A stretch of 63,686 nucleotides of DNA, filler included, from Octopus bimaculoides (Eukaryota), in assembly GCF_001194135.2 (NCBI RefSeq). It is 7 parts of 6 records of this genome, joined end to end, with 100 filler letters (N's around TTAATTAATTAA, not from the genome) between each part and the next. Parts side by side here need not be neighbours in the genome. Positions count along the whole stretch, not along the records: positions 1 to 10,715 come from NC_068981.1; positions 10,816 to 16,862 come from NC_069002.1; 5 more parts are not named here. One strand, given 5' to 3'. Under the pieces are notes generated by a model, which saw nothing but the letters and a program-made list of their open reading frames with translations, ran no database searches and was not told the DNA's origin. Both the position numbers and the translations under genes were made by a program. Positions 1 to 12,816 of the stretch are shown here, piece after piece (within the stretch, counting starts at the first letter, position 1; each line of letters opens with the position of its first letter).

Positions 1-71
<71 letters not shown>

Positions 72-80
72 TTATTATAT
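1..80. repeat. (TTA)n microsatellite
   Basis: Tandem TTA repeats at the window start. Confidence 0.97.
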
Positions 81-429
81 TTATCTTATGATATTTACTT
101 TACTTTATATTATACTCATTTATTGTGCTTTTAATTATTAATTTTTCTATATGTGATAGTGGATTTTCATCGATGAGTTCTTGAAAATTGGTTATTTTCC
201 CTAAAACTATATATTTTATATATACTTTATCTATAAGGCTCAATTTAATTTTAATTTTTTATAAATTGATTTTAATTGAGTTTTTTACCTGTAATTTTGG
301 ATTTTGTCCCTAATATTATTATATATATATATAAGCAAATGAACAATAACAGACGATGGATAAAGGTCAGTTCATTGCAGCTGTTTTTTTACGGGTTTTT
401 AATAGAAGAATAAAGACATTATCTCATTG

Positions 430-2060
430 CAAAACCGTAATAATCGGTCAACTCTTCGGCTGGCTTCAGGAATTTGGTCTAATTCTCTTATTTCATTTGC
501 TTTATCTAGTGTGATGTTGCTACTCTTAACTAGTTTTCCTCATTTCAGTGTTGCCTTAGCACATTTATCTAAACCAAATTTCATATTTATTTATTTGCTA
601 AATCTATGTACTGTGTGTAGTATTGTTTCCAGCTGTTTATCATTTGTAGCGTAGTTTTAGGTCATCCATATACAAGAGATCGCTGATTGTTTGGCCGTAA
701 CAGTTGTATCCACATCCAATTGTGTCAGATAAAGGTGTCAGTGCCAAGCAGAAATGGAGTGGAGAGAGCGTTTCTTACTAGAATATTCCTCTTCTAATGG
801 GGATGGTTTTTATGAGTCCTTCTTGCCTGGAGCTGTAGCACTGTCTGCCATTTATTGATGGAATGTTTTATACATTTTATTATTATTGGTGCCACCTTGT
901 GCATAGCCAGTGTTTCTAGGATCCATGAGTGGGGAATACTATCAAAAGCCTTTAGGTAATCGATCCAGGTCATACTTAGACCCTTCTTCTTTCTGCGGCT
1001 GTCTTCAGTTATGGCTTTATTGATCAGTAGCTGATCTTTACAACCATTGCCTCAGGAGCAGGTGGTCCTTCGTAGATATTTTGGAACAGCTGCTGATGAT
1101 GTGGATGATATTTTCCACACTGGTGTACCAGAACCGACATTTTCTATCACAAGGTGGATGTTTGGTGATATGTTTGTCCTATTTGTTTATCAGGTATATA
1201 GTAGTTATTTCTTGTTCCTAGATAGCGAAGGCATATTCTTCTTGGTGAGATGTAAGATACAATGTATCTACTATAAGCTCAGGAGCGGCTACTCCTCCTG
1301 TCAATGCTTTTGTTACTGTCTAGCATATGGGATATGTACTCATGCATTGCATCCCTTCGGCTCTTCAGGTTGTTGTTGTTTTTTTGTTTTTTTCAGATGT
1401 TTACCAATTCTCTGCGATGTTTTTTGCTGTAAAGGCTTTGTAAATTGTAAGTTATCAGTTTGTAATTTTGTGGGTTTGCCATTTTAGTGGATTTGGGAAT
1501 TAGGATAGTTTTCCCTTCAGAGAGCCATTCAGGCATTGTCTCCGGCTCTCTTAGTGTTTCATTAAATTTCTCAGACAACTTTTTATGTGTTCCTCTTAGG
1601 TACTTTTACCAGAAGTTGGGGATTTTGTCGTGCTCGTGTACCTTCCAGTTGTTTAGTTGTCGCAGTGCCTGGGTGACCTCTTCAGTTGTTATAGGTGTCC
1701 AGATTGGTTCAGGTGCTTTGTTCGTTGTATTGATAAATCTTTTCTGAGGCTGTTCCTTCTTTCCAAAGTTCTTCCACTTCTTTTACTGTTGGTGCTGCAT
1801 TGTTCTCTATTTTATTTTTGCCAAGTTCTAGGTAAAATCTTTTGGAGTGGGAGTTGAACGGTTTGTTTTGTTCAAAGAAGCGTTGGCGTTTCTCATACCG
1901 GCGGATTCTTTGTGCTTTAGCTGTTCTTTTAATTCAGGTATACATTGTGCTGTAATTTTTGTATTTATGTAGTATTTTTCTTCTTTTTTTGTTGCTTAGT
2001 ATGTTGATTGACTACTAGTTTCATTAAGGATTGACAGATCCTTTCTCTTATTTTCTATTT
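430..2060 (-). mobile_element. Decayed R4/Dong-clade non-LTR retrotransposon, reverse transcriptase region (copy A)
   Basis: Minus-strand translation across stops and frameshifts gives ordered RT motifs: NWKVHEHDKIPNFW*KYL (~1660-1600), EWLSEGKTILIPK..PQNY, GCKDQLLINKAITED..LSMTWIDYLKAFDSIPHSWILETL (~1050-910), RRGIF**ETLSPL (~795-760), LLYMDDLKL (~680-655), MKFGLDKCAK. Confidence 0.88.
1045..1260 (-). mobile_element. R4-clade C-terminal zinc-knuckle fragment embedded inside the RT of copy A
   Basis: Translation EEYAFAI*EQEITTIYLINK*..CDRKCRFWYTSVENIIHIISSCSKIS matches the CCHC region (C-x2-C-x8-H-x4-C, second Cys now Trp) that normally follows the RT. Confidence 0.7.
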
Positions 2061-2094
2061 TTTCTGGATACTATTTATCCACAGGGTTTATCAT

Positions 2095-2096
2095 CA

Positions 2097-2169
<73 letters not shown>

Positions 2170-2170
2170 C
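2095..2170. repeat. (TTA)n microsatellite
   Basis: Tandem TTA tract between the two R4-like fragments. Confidence 0.97.
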
Positions 2171-2289
2171 TTGCCCAAACTTCATTTCTATGACTCTGGA
2201 GAATGTTGTGATTAGTTCTGATTGTCTATTGATGCTGACCATGTCACAAGAATATAATTTTAGATCATCAGTAAAAAAAAGGGGGGGGT

Positions 2290-3090
2290 GATATTAATTT
2301 TGTTCATTTATGCATCTCCCAGCATGTAGTCTTGGTATTTTGTTAACAGGGCTGAGAGGGGGTTCACTGCCAGTACAAACATCACCACAGATAAACTGGA
2401 ATATGCCTTTTGATAATTTAATTCTGTTTGTAACAATAGGTGTTTTCTTTAGTACATAGTTGTCAGTGATAACTGCATGGATCAAATTGTTGTGGTCAGT
2501 CCTTCGATGATATTCACTATAGCAGCTGGTACTGTGACAAGATGTAGTGATTCTATTACTCATGAGGTGGGCACAGAGTAGAACGCTTCTTGTAGTCTAG
2601 ACATATTGTTATTAAGGTGATGTTGCTTGGGTTCCTTCAGGACAGCTTTGTTGAAGAGATGTTCAGCACCGCCCTAGACACCTTACCTTCTTCCTACCTG
2701 TTCATTAGTTATCTCACCATTTATTTGGCAATTGTCTTGGAGAAATATATTGACAACCTGCGTGCTATTTGTGCATCGCATTCGTTCGTCTTGATCATGT
2801 TTCGTGTCTTTCTCTGTCTATTCGCGAAAAAATAGTTTACTGTGTTGTTAATACGAGTTTTACCATTTACGCTTTTTGGCTGAGTGATTTTGTTTTTAGG
2901 ATGGCATATTTCTTTTCAACAAATATAGCTTAGTGGCTAATTGTTTTTCTGAAAAATTTGAAACCGTTGGATGTTTCTTATCCCAATATTCTGTAAGTCT
3001 CTTCATGTAGCCTATCGCGGTATCTTCTCTAGTCTTTCTGTAAAACTGGTACGGATTTTGGTTCAGACCACTGGAATTTGATAGTAAATG
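2290..3090 (-). mobile_element. Second, internally deleted R4/Dong-like remnant (copy B)
   Basis: GYMKRLTEYWDKKHP (N-terminal part), EQVGRR*GV*GGAEHLFNKAVLKE, ICLDYKK, and IKLSKGIFQ followed after a frameshift by LSVVMFVLAVNPLS. Confidence 0.7.
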
Positions 3091-4666
3091 TCTAAGTGAC
3101 AATATAAAAAGCCTAGATCTTCCAACAAAAGACTGATTAATACTTTAGAGACACAATCTATAAGAGGAACATAATAATACGCAAGACCTTCTTGAAGATA
3201 ATATCTAACAATTACTGTTGTTGTTATGGAAATTCAAGTGATTGACGTTTTGTTTGTGCTAGAAATTTTCCCTTTCTAAGAAAACACTATTAAATAAATA
3301 AATAGATAAATGCATTCATACATACATTTTCCAATATACACAATGTGTATATATGTCAAATACAGATGTATACGAATTAATTAGGAATTCTTTACGTAGT
3401 CGATTAATCAGCTAGGGATAGTAGCCAAATTTCCTACAACACATACACTACCGTTTTGAAAAAGACGATATTTAAAATTTCATTGACCAATGTAATATTA
3501 GATACACAATGCCTGTTTAAACAGACACAATACTATTTTTAAAAGCCTATCTTAATCATAGATTTGCTCAATTAGGTATCAGTTGAGTTAGAAGGGCAAC
3601 CACAAATGCACCAACAACAAACAATTCCATACTTACATTTAGAAAGTGCAGGAATGCAACCATACTTTGTGATGTAGTCAACATAAAACTCATGCATTCC
3701 AGTACATACTCCTGTCTCTAAAATACTCCATCCATTTGTACAGAAGCAGGTGGTATGAATTATGACATAATTTCTCACGATTGTAATATTTTTCTTTCTT
3801 TCCTTTCGCCTTTAACGCCAACTTAACAATGAAATTATTATTAATAAGGTCCTCTAGGACAGTAGCGATTCTTTATATTATGACAGAAACATCTACACAG
3901 TATGCAAGAGTTAAAACAACGCAGAGTTTAATAGCAATTTCGAGAGAATAACTTCCCAATTAACCTTACCTTGACTTCCAGTACTTGCGATGCGAAGCAT
4001 GCGTACGGATTTCTTTTTTGTCCAAGTATAACCCCTTTCTACCCTCATCTAAATATAGTCCGTCATGGTCTGCGTGTGTCTAGCAGAGAGTTTCAATGCT
4101 TTAATTACTAATTTCACTTTATCAAAATATTTGGCATAGTGTAAAATAATCATGACGCGATTATATTATAGAAAGCAATTTCTTCGCTAATGTTCGTTTT
4201 TGATTTTTGATTTTTGTGTTTTTTTTTATTTGGCGTTTTAATTTAATATATTTCATGTTTAGTACATATATGTATAGCATGGTGTACTTGATACTGGAAA
4301 TGACATAGTCTCAAATTAGCCAGAACTGACTTAGGAAGATATTAATTTTGTTTGCGTCGTGTATTATATTATGTTAGATATATTGTTATGCATGCATGGT
4401 GGTGATATGTCTTTATACTAACCTTCCACGGATTGTTTGCAATGTTATGTCGATCTTCTTCTTAAGATTATTATAAATATTTTTTTGTTCTTTTACATGT
4501 TTCACTCATTGAACTGAGGCCCTGCTGGGGCATGTCACTGATGCGTTTGCTGAAGCCCAGTACTTTTTAACGTCTCTTTTTGCCGAATTGCTAACTTGCA
4601 AACACGTAAACAAACTAAACATTGGTTATAAATCACCGGTGTGAAACAAATACAAACATGCTGGGG

Positions 4667-4769
<103 letters not shown>

Positions 4770-6382
4770 TACTCCTCAGTTTCTTTTTCCATGTCGAAAT
4801 ATTGGTATACTGCCTGGTAAACATACTACCTCCTCGATTGTTTGTTAATATACCAAAACTGACCGCCGGAAATAATACGGCAAATAGTCTCGTTTTGCTA
4901 ATCACATAGTCTGCACTTCATGTTAGTATCTTATTTCACTATTGTATTTCCGATCACGCGCAGCTAGACACAAAGTTCTGTTTCTAACTTTTTCTATCTA
5001 TCAACGTAACTGACTTCTCTCTGTCCCGTCTTCCGGGATATTGACCGTGGAGTAGTTTTATCACCATTTACTTCAGTGTGTTTTGGAAATAGAGTTTGGC
5101 TTCATGTCAAATGTCTGTGGGCTAGGTGGATAGGAACTGGAAGTAAATTACATGTAGGGTGATTACCCCTATTGGGAAATAAGGTTAATCACCCTACTCG
5201 TAATGTTGGGGGAGGTATGAATACATACACGGCTTTATTGATATACTAGCGCCTGACCATTGTGCTTGTACCAGACCACATCTAGATCTAACTAGACTGA
5301 AACGGTTTCCCATTCGTTTCTTGTGAAACAGGCTGATTCAACTGATTATAAAATTCTTATATTGTCAACACCCAACCTGCGGAATAAGTTTGGAGTTGCC
5401 GTGATTAATGATTGACTGGCAGTTTACTGTGACAATCAAATGTACACAGATGATTCTTGGACGTTGAGTGAGAGTTGTTCTCTTTTGGTTGACATGTTTT
5501 TCTACAGTCCATTCCTTTGATTATGCTACAGTCTTGTAATGCCGTGAGACGTTCACAAGCCTCTACGACATGTTCAATGCGGCAACTGGAACTTCACTCT
5601 GCATTTTATAGATGATTAATAGTAGGCATGACCGACGATGTTATCTATGCTAGATGGCTTGAGCGTAGATAAAGCTCAGCTGCTTTTCCAGAGAACTTCC
5701 AGGTCGGGACTTGAAGAGAGGTATATATATATGTTCCAGATAAAATCTACCGGCGTGATAATGCCGTCAACCGGGCCAGTATGAAATACGCGGCGGATAA
5801 AAAGTCTTTCACGTGATCTTTATGGTGCCAGAAGTTTGATGAATTTTAAAGCTCAGTTGAACGGCTATTATTACGATTATGTTGCCTTTGTTTGTCAGCA
5901 GATTCTAAATGAATGTAGGCCACGACTTTTCTTTGACCAGGCACTGTTAGAGAGAAACCCAACGCGAGCGGAAGTGTTATCATTTGGGCTTGTCAGAAAG
6001 ATATGCAGAACCATAAAATCATTTTGCACGAACTTGTTCAGTATCCGAGCATTACTATCTTAAAGAGTTTTTTCCAAACAATTGCTGTCATATGTACCCA
6101 ACTATCAGCCGAGTCACTCATGAATATCTATGCACCGCCATCCTCCAACCGAGAAGGTTAGTTAGTACATTTCTGCTTAATGACTATCATGTAAGCTCTC
6201 ACATGTTGGACATAGCAGGAAGGATTGACAATTGTCCGTTTCCCACATACTTTTCCATGCATCCTTTTTATAGGAAGGTAAATTTATACAAAGAGGTAAA
6301 TTTACTGAAAAGGTATGTGAGAATTACGAGCATGGCTCATGCCTTTAGGTTCGATAAAATAAGGTAACTGTTAGATACTGAT

Positions 6383-6769
6383 GTGGAGGCGCAATGGCCC
6401 AGTGGTTAGGGCAGCGGACTCGCGGTCATAGGATCGCGGTTTCGATTCCCAGACCGGGCGTTGTGAGTGTTTATTGAGCGAAAACACATAAAGCTCCACG
6501 AGGATCCGGCAGGGGATGGTGGTGAACCTTGCTGCACTCTTCTACCACAACTTTCTCTCACTCTTACTTCCTGTTTCTGTTGTATCTGTAATTCAAAGGG
6601 TCAGCCTTGTCACACTCTGTGTCATGCTGAATATCCCCGAGAACTATTTTAAGGGTACACGTGTCTGTGGAGTGCTAAGCCACTTGCACGCTAATTTCAC
6701 GAGCAGGCTGTTCCGTTGATCGGATCAACTGGAGCCCTCGTCGTCGTAACCGACGAAGTGCCAACAACA
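6383..6769 (+). mobile_element. Full-length tRNA-derived SINE (family A) with 10-bp TSD
   Basis: A box TGGCCCAGTGG, B-box-like GGTTTCGATTCCC, (CAA)n tail; TSD AGATACTGAT at 6373-6382 and 6770-6779; body recurs inverted at 25394-25578 and ~40240-40400. Confidence 0.92.
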
Positions 6770-6879
6770 AGATACTGATAATGATGCCGTCGACTTACTT
6801 CCTCTCCACAAAAGTGTTGGGTTTTTTTTAAAGAAAATCAGTGACAGAATCGTTACCACGCCGCACAAAATGCTTATCG

Positions 6880-7025
6880 TAATTTCATCCGGCTTTACGT
6901 TCCGACCACAAATTCGAAGTCGATAAAATAAATACCTCTTTACCACAGGGATCGATGTTATTAACCAAATCCCCCCCATAAATTGCAGGTGTTGTGGCCA
7001 TAGTAGAAAGAAATATTATTATTAT
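6880..7025 (+). mobile_element. Degenerate SINE, family B, type-1 tail
   Basis: TTACGTTCC..CAAATTC, GTCGATAAAATAA and tail GTAGAAAGAAATATT(ATT)n resemble the copy at 16012-16227. Confidence 0.55.
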
Positions 7026-7124
7026 TGTTATTATTATTTATTTTTTTCCCTTTTGAATCCTCTCCTTCAAAACCTCATGCTTCGAAATCGACGGGAGTGA
7101 CCATCATTATTATTATCGCTATCA

Positions 7125-7211
7125 ATGTCCGCGTTGTCATCATCATTATCATCATCATCACCATTATCATCATCATCATCATCATCATCATCACCATCAT
7201 CATCATTATTT

Positions 7212-7260
<49 letters not shown>

Positions 7261-7298
7261 AAACAGCAGCAGCAGCAGCAGCAGCAGCGGTAGTAGTA

Positions 7299-7332
<34 letters not shown>

Positions 7333-7350
7333 CAGCAGCAGCAGTAGTAT
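7125..7350. repeat. Compound trinucleotide microsatellite (ATC)n-(GTA)n-(GCA)n
   Basis: Seen directly. Similar compound tracts at ~10140-10300, ~10560-10715, ~54685-54780 and ~57865-58029. Confidence 0.95.
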
Positions 7351-7625
7351 TTTATGATTTCCCCTTTCGTTTTATTGCATTATTTTGACTTTTGTTTGAC
7401 GTTTTTTTTTCCTCCTGTTAGAACATTCGATAAGCAACTGGCATTAAATCATGTAAAGAAATCCTTCATTGGTAAAACCATTAACATGAACTGTCTACGC
7501 CGTATTACTGACTGCTAAAAACTTTGGTAAGAGCTATCTATCTATATCTATAGTCAGCCATTCTGTTTTCTCTGACCAATATACTCTGGACAAAGCTATA
7601 ACAATATCTATCGACATCGGGAATG

Positions 7626-7687
<62 letters not shown>

Positions 7688-8492
7688 TGCATGTATACAT
7701 ACAAATATATACATATATGAAAACTGCATTAAATAAAGCAGTATACATGAACACAAAAATACCATACCAACATCTCGTTGAATGAAAGTACGACTTTGCA
7801 ATACCATCCATTTTAAGTTATATATGCAAACACTTTCGAAACAGAAGAAATAAGTTGATATAAATCCTACTAAAATACATAAATAAAAACATAACTAAAT
7901 AAATAATCGGGGAGAAAATGGTCCATTTTGTATGCTTTTTTTTTTACATGGATTTATGTTAGTTTTTCTCTAGTCTTATTGTTGTTATTTTGTTGTTGTT
8001 ACTTTTTTGATTTTACTTGGTTACTTTGTTTTCAAACATAAATCTGTCCTCAACTGAAACAGGGTAGAAAAACTAAATTAGATAATATAGCAAACAGGAA
8101 CCTTCTATCAAAATAATGTTCATACATTTCATTTCCTTTTTCCATTTTGTGCCATTTTCTCTCTTTATATATTTATTTTTATTTCTTTGTCGTTTACTCT
8201 TTGGGTGTAGGATTATATATATATGTATATATATATATATATATATNNNNNNNNNNNNNNNNNNNNNNNNNNNNNNNNNNNNNNNNNNNNNNNNNNNNNN
8301 NNNNNNNNNNNNNNNNNNNNNNNNNNNNNNNNNNNNNNNNNATATATACATTATATATATATATATATATATATATACATAAACATATATATGTGTGTGT
8401 GCATGTATATGTATATATATACACGCATGTATATATATACATATATGTATATTTACATATATATGTATATATATATATGTACACCCCTCACA

Positions 8493-8533
<41 letters not shown>

Positions 8534-9058
8534 GTAGAATAATAAAGAGAAAGTTCTTGTTACAGAATTATATAATACATATACATATATATATACATAC
8601 ATATATGTGTGTGTATATGTATATATACATGTATGTACACACACACACATACTTGCTTGACATTATTGCAGTAAAGTACCTATACACATAATGCATTATC
8701 TTTGTCTCATTTTTTTTTCTACGCCCTTTATCGTTTTCTTTATATATCCCCTCCTTCTTGTTGCGATTGTTCTCGTTCCCTTATCTCTTTTTCGTTCCCC
8801 GGTTTTGGTAGCAATCCGCAAAAGATGTAGCAAATCAAAACTTAGGCTATTTCCATTTAAAATGTAAAGACGCTATTTTCATTTGGTTTCAAAATGGCCG
8901 AAGAAAAACGAGTGTATGCATATCCAATTTCTCTTCTAACAAGACTATCGTTGAATCTGAAGGAATAGGTAAAGAATTCATCTTGTTGTGAAATTAACGC
9001 CATCATTGTTGAACCTATGTTCAGAACATACACACACATATACATATACATATACATA

Positions 9059-9105
<47 letters not shown>

Positions 9106-9733
9106 NNNNNNNNNNNNNNNNNNNNNNNNNNNNNNNNNNNNNNNNNNNNNNNNNNNNNNNNNNNNNNNNNNNNNNNNNNNNNNNNNNNNNNNNNNNNNNN
9201 NNNNNNNNNNNNNNNNNNNNNNNNNNNNNNNNNNNNNNNNNNNNNNNNNNNNNNNNNNNNNNNNNNNNNNNNNNNNNNNNNNNNNNNNNNNNNNNNNNNN
9301 NNNNNNNNNNNNNNNNNNNNNNNNNNNNNNNNNNNNNNNNNNNNNNNNNNNNNNNNNNNNNNNNNNNNNNNNNNNNNNNNNNNNNNNNNNNNNNNNNNNN
9401 NNNNNNNNNNNNNNNNNNNNNNNNNNNNNNNNNNNNNNNNNNNNNNNNNNNNNNNNNNNNNNNNNNNNNNNNNNNNNNNNNNNNNNNNNNNNNNNNNNNN
9501 NNNNNNNNNNNNNNNNNNNNNNNNNNNNNNNNNNNNNNNNNNNNNNNNNNNNNNNNNNNNNNNNNNNNNNNNNNNNNNNNNNNNNNNNNNNNNNNNNNNN
9601 NNNNNNNNNNNNNNNNNNNNNNNNNNNNNNNNNNNNNNNNNNNNNNNNNNNNNNNNNNNNNNNNNNNNNNNNNNNNNNNNNNNNNNNNNNNNNNNNNNNN
9701 NNNNNNNNNNNNNNNNNNNNNNNNNNNATATAT

Positions 9734-9771
<38 letters not shown>

Positions 9772-10184
9772 TAGTCTGAGGATGGATGAATGAATGTGTG
9801 GCCTTATTATTGAAACTCTACTGATATGAGCAATCCCTTTCGCAGAATAGAAAAGAAAAGAAGAAATTAGAAATGGAGAAAAGAAATATAGAAAAATATG
9901 CGAGCAAACTACTAGAACAAGAAATAATGAAATAAGAAAAACCCGAATGTCTACCCATGGGCTGTTTTAAAGCCGTCACTCACTATTCCACTTTCGTTCG
10001 GTAAATGCTAAATGCAATCTATATCGTTACAAGTTTTTCCCGCACTGAAATATCTAATCCAGTTATACATCATGAGTTATGTTTCGACGCCAATTCTTTT
10101 TGCCTTCAGTCTCGGTCTAAAGCGATGGTGGACGCGTCGTTGGTGGTGGTGGTTGTGGAAAGCGGTAGTGGTTTTGGTGGTGGG

Positions 10185-10249
<65 letters not shown>

Positions 10250-10618
10250 CATTATTATTATTATTGTTTGTAGTAGTTGTTGTAGCGGTAGTGGCTGTTG
10301 AATATGTTCACATGGAGTGTTGTTGATAATGATGGCTGATAATGGTTATTATTATTTTGCTTTATTCCTTTGTTTTGTGTAATGTTGGTGTTGTTTTTTC
10401 ACGGTAATTCCTGTTGCTCTCCGTTATGGTTTTGGTAATAATGTTCTTAGTATTGCTGCTGTTGTTTTTGTTGTTGTTGTTTCTTTTGTGCATGATGGGG
10501 ATGGTGATGGTGGTGGTGGTTGTGAAACAGTGGTAGAGAGCTTTATGATCATAGTATTAGTGGAGTAATAATGATACGGCTTGTAATGGTAGAGGGTGGT
10601 GTCTTGTGTGAGGATGAC

Positions 10619-10652
<34 letters not shown>

Positions 10653-10715
10653 TTGGTGATGGCGTTGACTATGACGATGATGGAGATTATAAAGATGATG
10701 ACAATGATGATGACG

Positions 10716-10815
10716 NNNNNNNNNNNNNNNNNNNNNNNNNNNNNNNNNNNNNNNNNNNNTTAATTAATTAANNNNNNNNNNNNNNNNNNNNNNNNNNNNN
10801 NNNNNNNNNNNNNNN
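10716..10815. other. Artificial 100-bp scaffold spacer N44-TTAATTAATTAA-N44 (also 16863-16962, 47156-47255, 48411-48510, 57421-57520, 59418-59517)
   Basis: Identical 44+12+44 layout six times; the 12-mer has stop codons in all frames. Confidence 0.97.
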
Positions 10816-10862
<47 letters not shown>

Positions 10863-12670
10863 CATATACATACATATACATATATATATGTGTGTATACA
10901 CACACTCACACATACATATATGTTATGTTTCTGTATGTATATTTATATATACACCCACACGTATGCATATATGTATAGTTTCCCCTAGATATTTGTTACA
11001 ACCACATAACTGGATTGTTTTTCCACATAAATCGAATATCGATTACGTAGGAAACAACAATACCTTAGAGATATATTGATATGATATGTGAAATGAAATT
11101 GTGTATGGCTATTATTATTTTCAGGAACATGAAATTGTGTACAGACTCTTAAAAAGTAACAGACGAGCTAACGGACATAAAAACCATGTTTTGATCACTT
11201 TTGCTGTCATTTTGTAGAATCCCTGAAGTATAAAAGTTATAGTCCAGTAAAAAATGATTGGATGTTAGTAATGGACATTAGATGTGGGCGTCATAGTGGA
11301 GGCGCATTCTTTATTGTGTTTTCATTTAATAGTGCTGCGGATTCAGTTATTCACATTCCTAGAAATCTCCCTCAAAGCACGTGCCAATGCGGATGATTCT
11401 ATACATTCCTTCGTTGAACTAACTCCAAGTAGGAGCCGACCCTTCATAATTTCTCAATGTTTGTATTAAAAAGAAACAGCGAATATCACAATGTTTCTCT
11501 TGTTTAAGTCTACACCAAGATTACTCGGTATTTGATGGCAGAACAGTTAAAAAGAAACATCAATGCCAAAATCATGTTAAGCATTTATCTTTGCCTTAAG
11601 CACAGTCGTGACAGCCATTCAAACATGCATAAACAATAAACATTTGTAATGAAAATGCTACAATGACAGGTAATATTACTAAGGTTAATAATAACAAGAG
11701 TTGACGTCCTTGTCCAAAATATTGATATCTGACAGCGTCACGACAACCGGATATCTAGACGAAAGAATTCGTTCTATGGACCGAGTCAAGATTTCACTTT
11801 TATTCTATGAGATGAGTAGCAAAATTAACACCAAAATGACAAGGTGCTTAAAATTCAATCATAAACAGAAGTACTATATTGTGTCACAGACTATTTCTTG
11901 CAGTATTCAGCCATCTCCTCAGTACCTCAGCGGTAAAGCTTGGTCCAAAAAATTAGACACATCTTGAAGTATCAGAGTTCAAACCAAATGAACACCGGGT
12001 AATGCGTATAACTTGACGCATTAAATATTTATCTTGCTAAACGTTTATCAGGTTTGATTGTTTATGAACGGTCAACTTTTCTTTGTGTAAGAAAGCTAAG
12101 CTTAAATCTAAGGATGTAAAACAGGATTACAACTGAGGGAATGAATTCCATAAGAAGTGAAATTCTCTTTTCAGAGTTGTCGAAGCACAATCGAATTATT
12201 GATAAAAAAGCTTTAGTGAGGTGCATAAATTGATAATTGATTTATTTCTATGTCCCTCGTCAATTATTATTTATGAAGACAATCAATTCCATTATATAAC
12301 AATAAATCTATTTTATCATACCCTGAAGAAACATAAAATTATCATCCGAATTTGAAATGAGAAATCTGGAAATAACTTCTGTAGGGTAGAAAGCTACGTG
12401 TTGTGTTTTTCTTTCATATTTTACAATAAAAGAACTCCCCTGTTCACTCACGCAACACAAACCAATGCTCACAATGTTACATACTCATAATCGCACATAT
12501 GCACATAACGACATGCATGCGTACATACACACAAACACACACGNNNNNNNNNNATATATGTGTGTGTGTGTAGAGAGAGAGAGAGAAAGAGAGACATATA
12601 TATGTATATATACATACGATCAAACATACAGACAGTCACACTCACATACATTTATAATAATACACATATG

Positions 12671-12705
<35 letters not shown>

Positions 12706-12816
12706 CAGATAAATCAATAGATATATATATATAGATAGATAGTGAGACATAGAAAGATAGACACACAGACAGACAGAGATAGAAAGATAGATACACAGAC
12801 AGACACAGATAGATAA

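Noticed and set aside
3572-3778. Cys-rich 68-aa ORF or exon
   Set aside because: No recognisable domain spacing and weak splice context; cannot be supported.
5330-6330. Possible ancient CR1/L2 endonuclease remnant on the minus strand
   Set aside because: Only faint similarity (SSPDLEVLW) across many stops; not enough without a profile search.
6388-6460. tRNA gene at the SINE head (also 16012, 20980, 32049-32098)
   Set aside because: No complete cloverleaf; each continues into a SINE body, two with clear TSDs.
8881-8907. IWFQNGRRK as a homeodomain helix 3
   Set aside because: Inserted Gly in the WFQNRR motif, no helices 1-2 and no convincing acceptor; likely chance.
10760-10771. Recurrent TTAATTAATTAA palindrome as a biological motif
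   Set aside because: Always centred in exactly 44+44 Ns; an assembly spacer.
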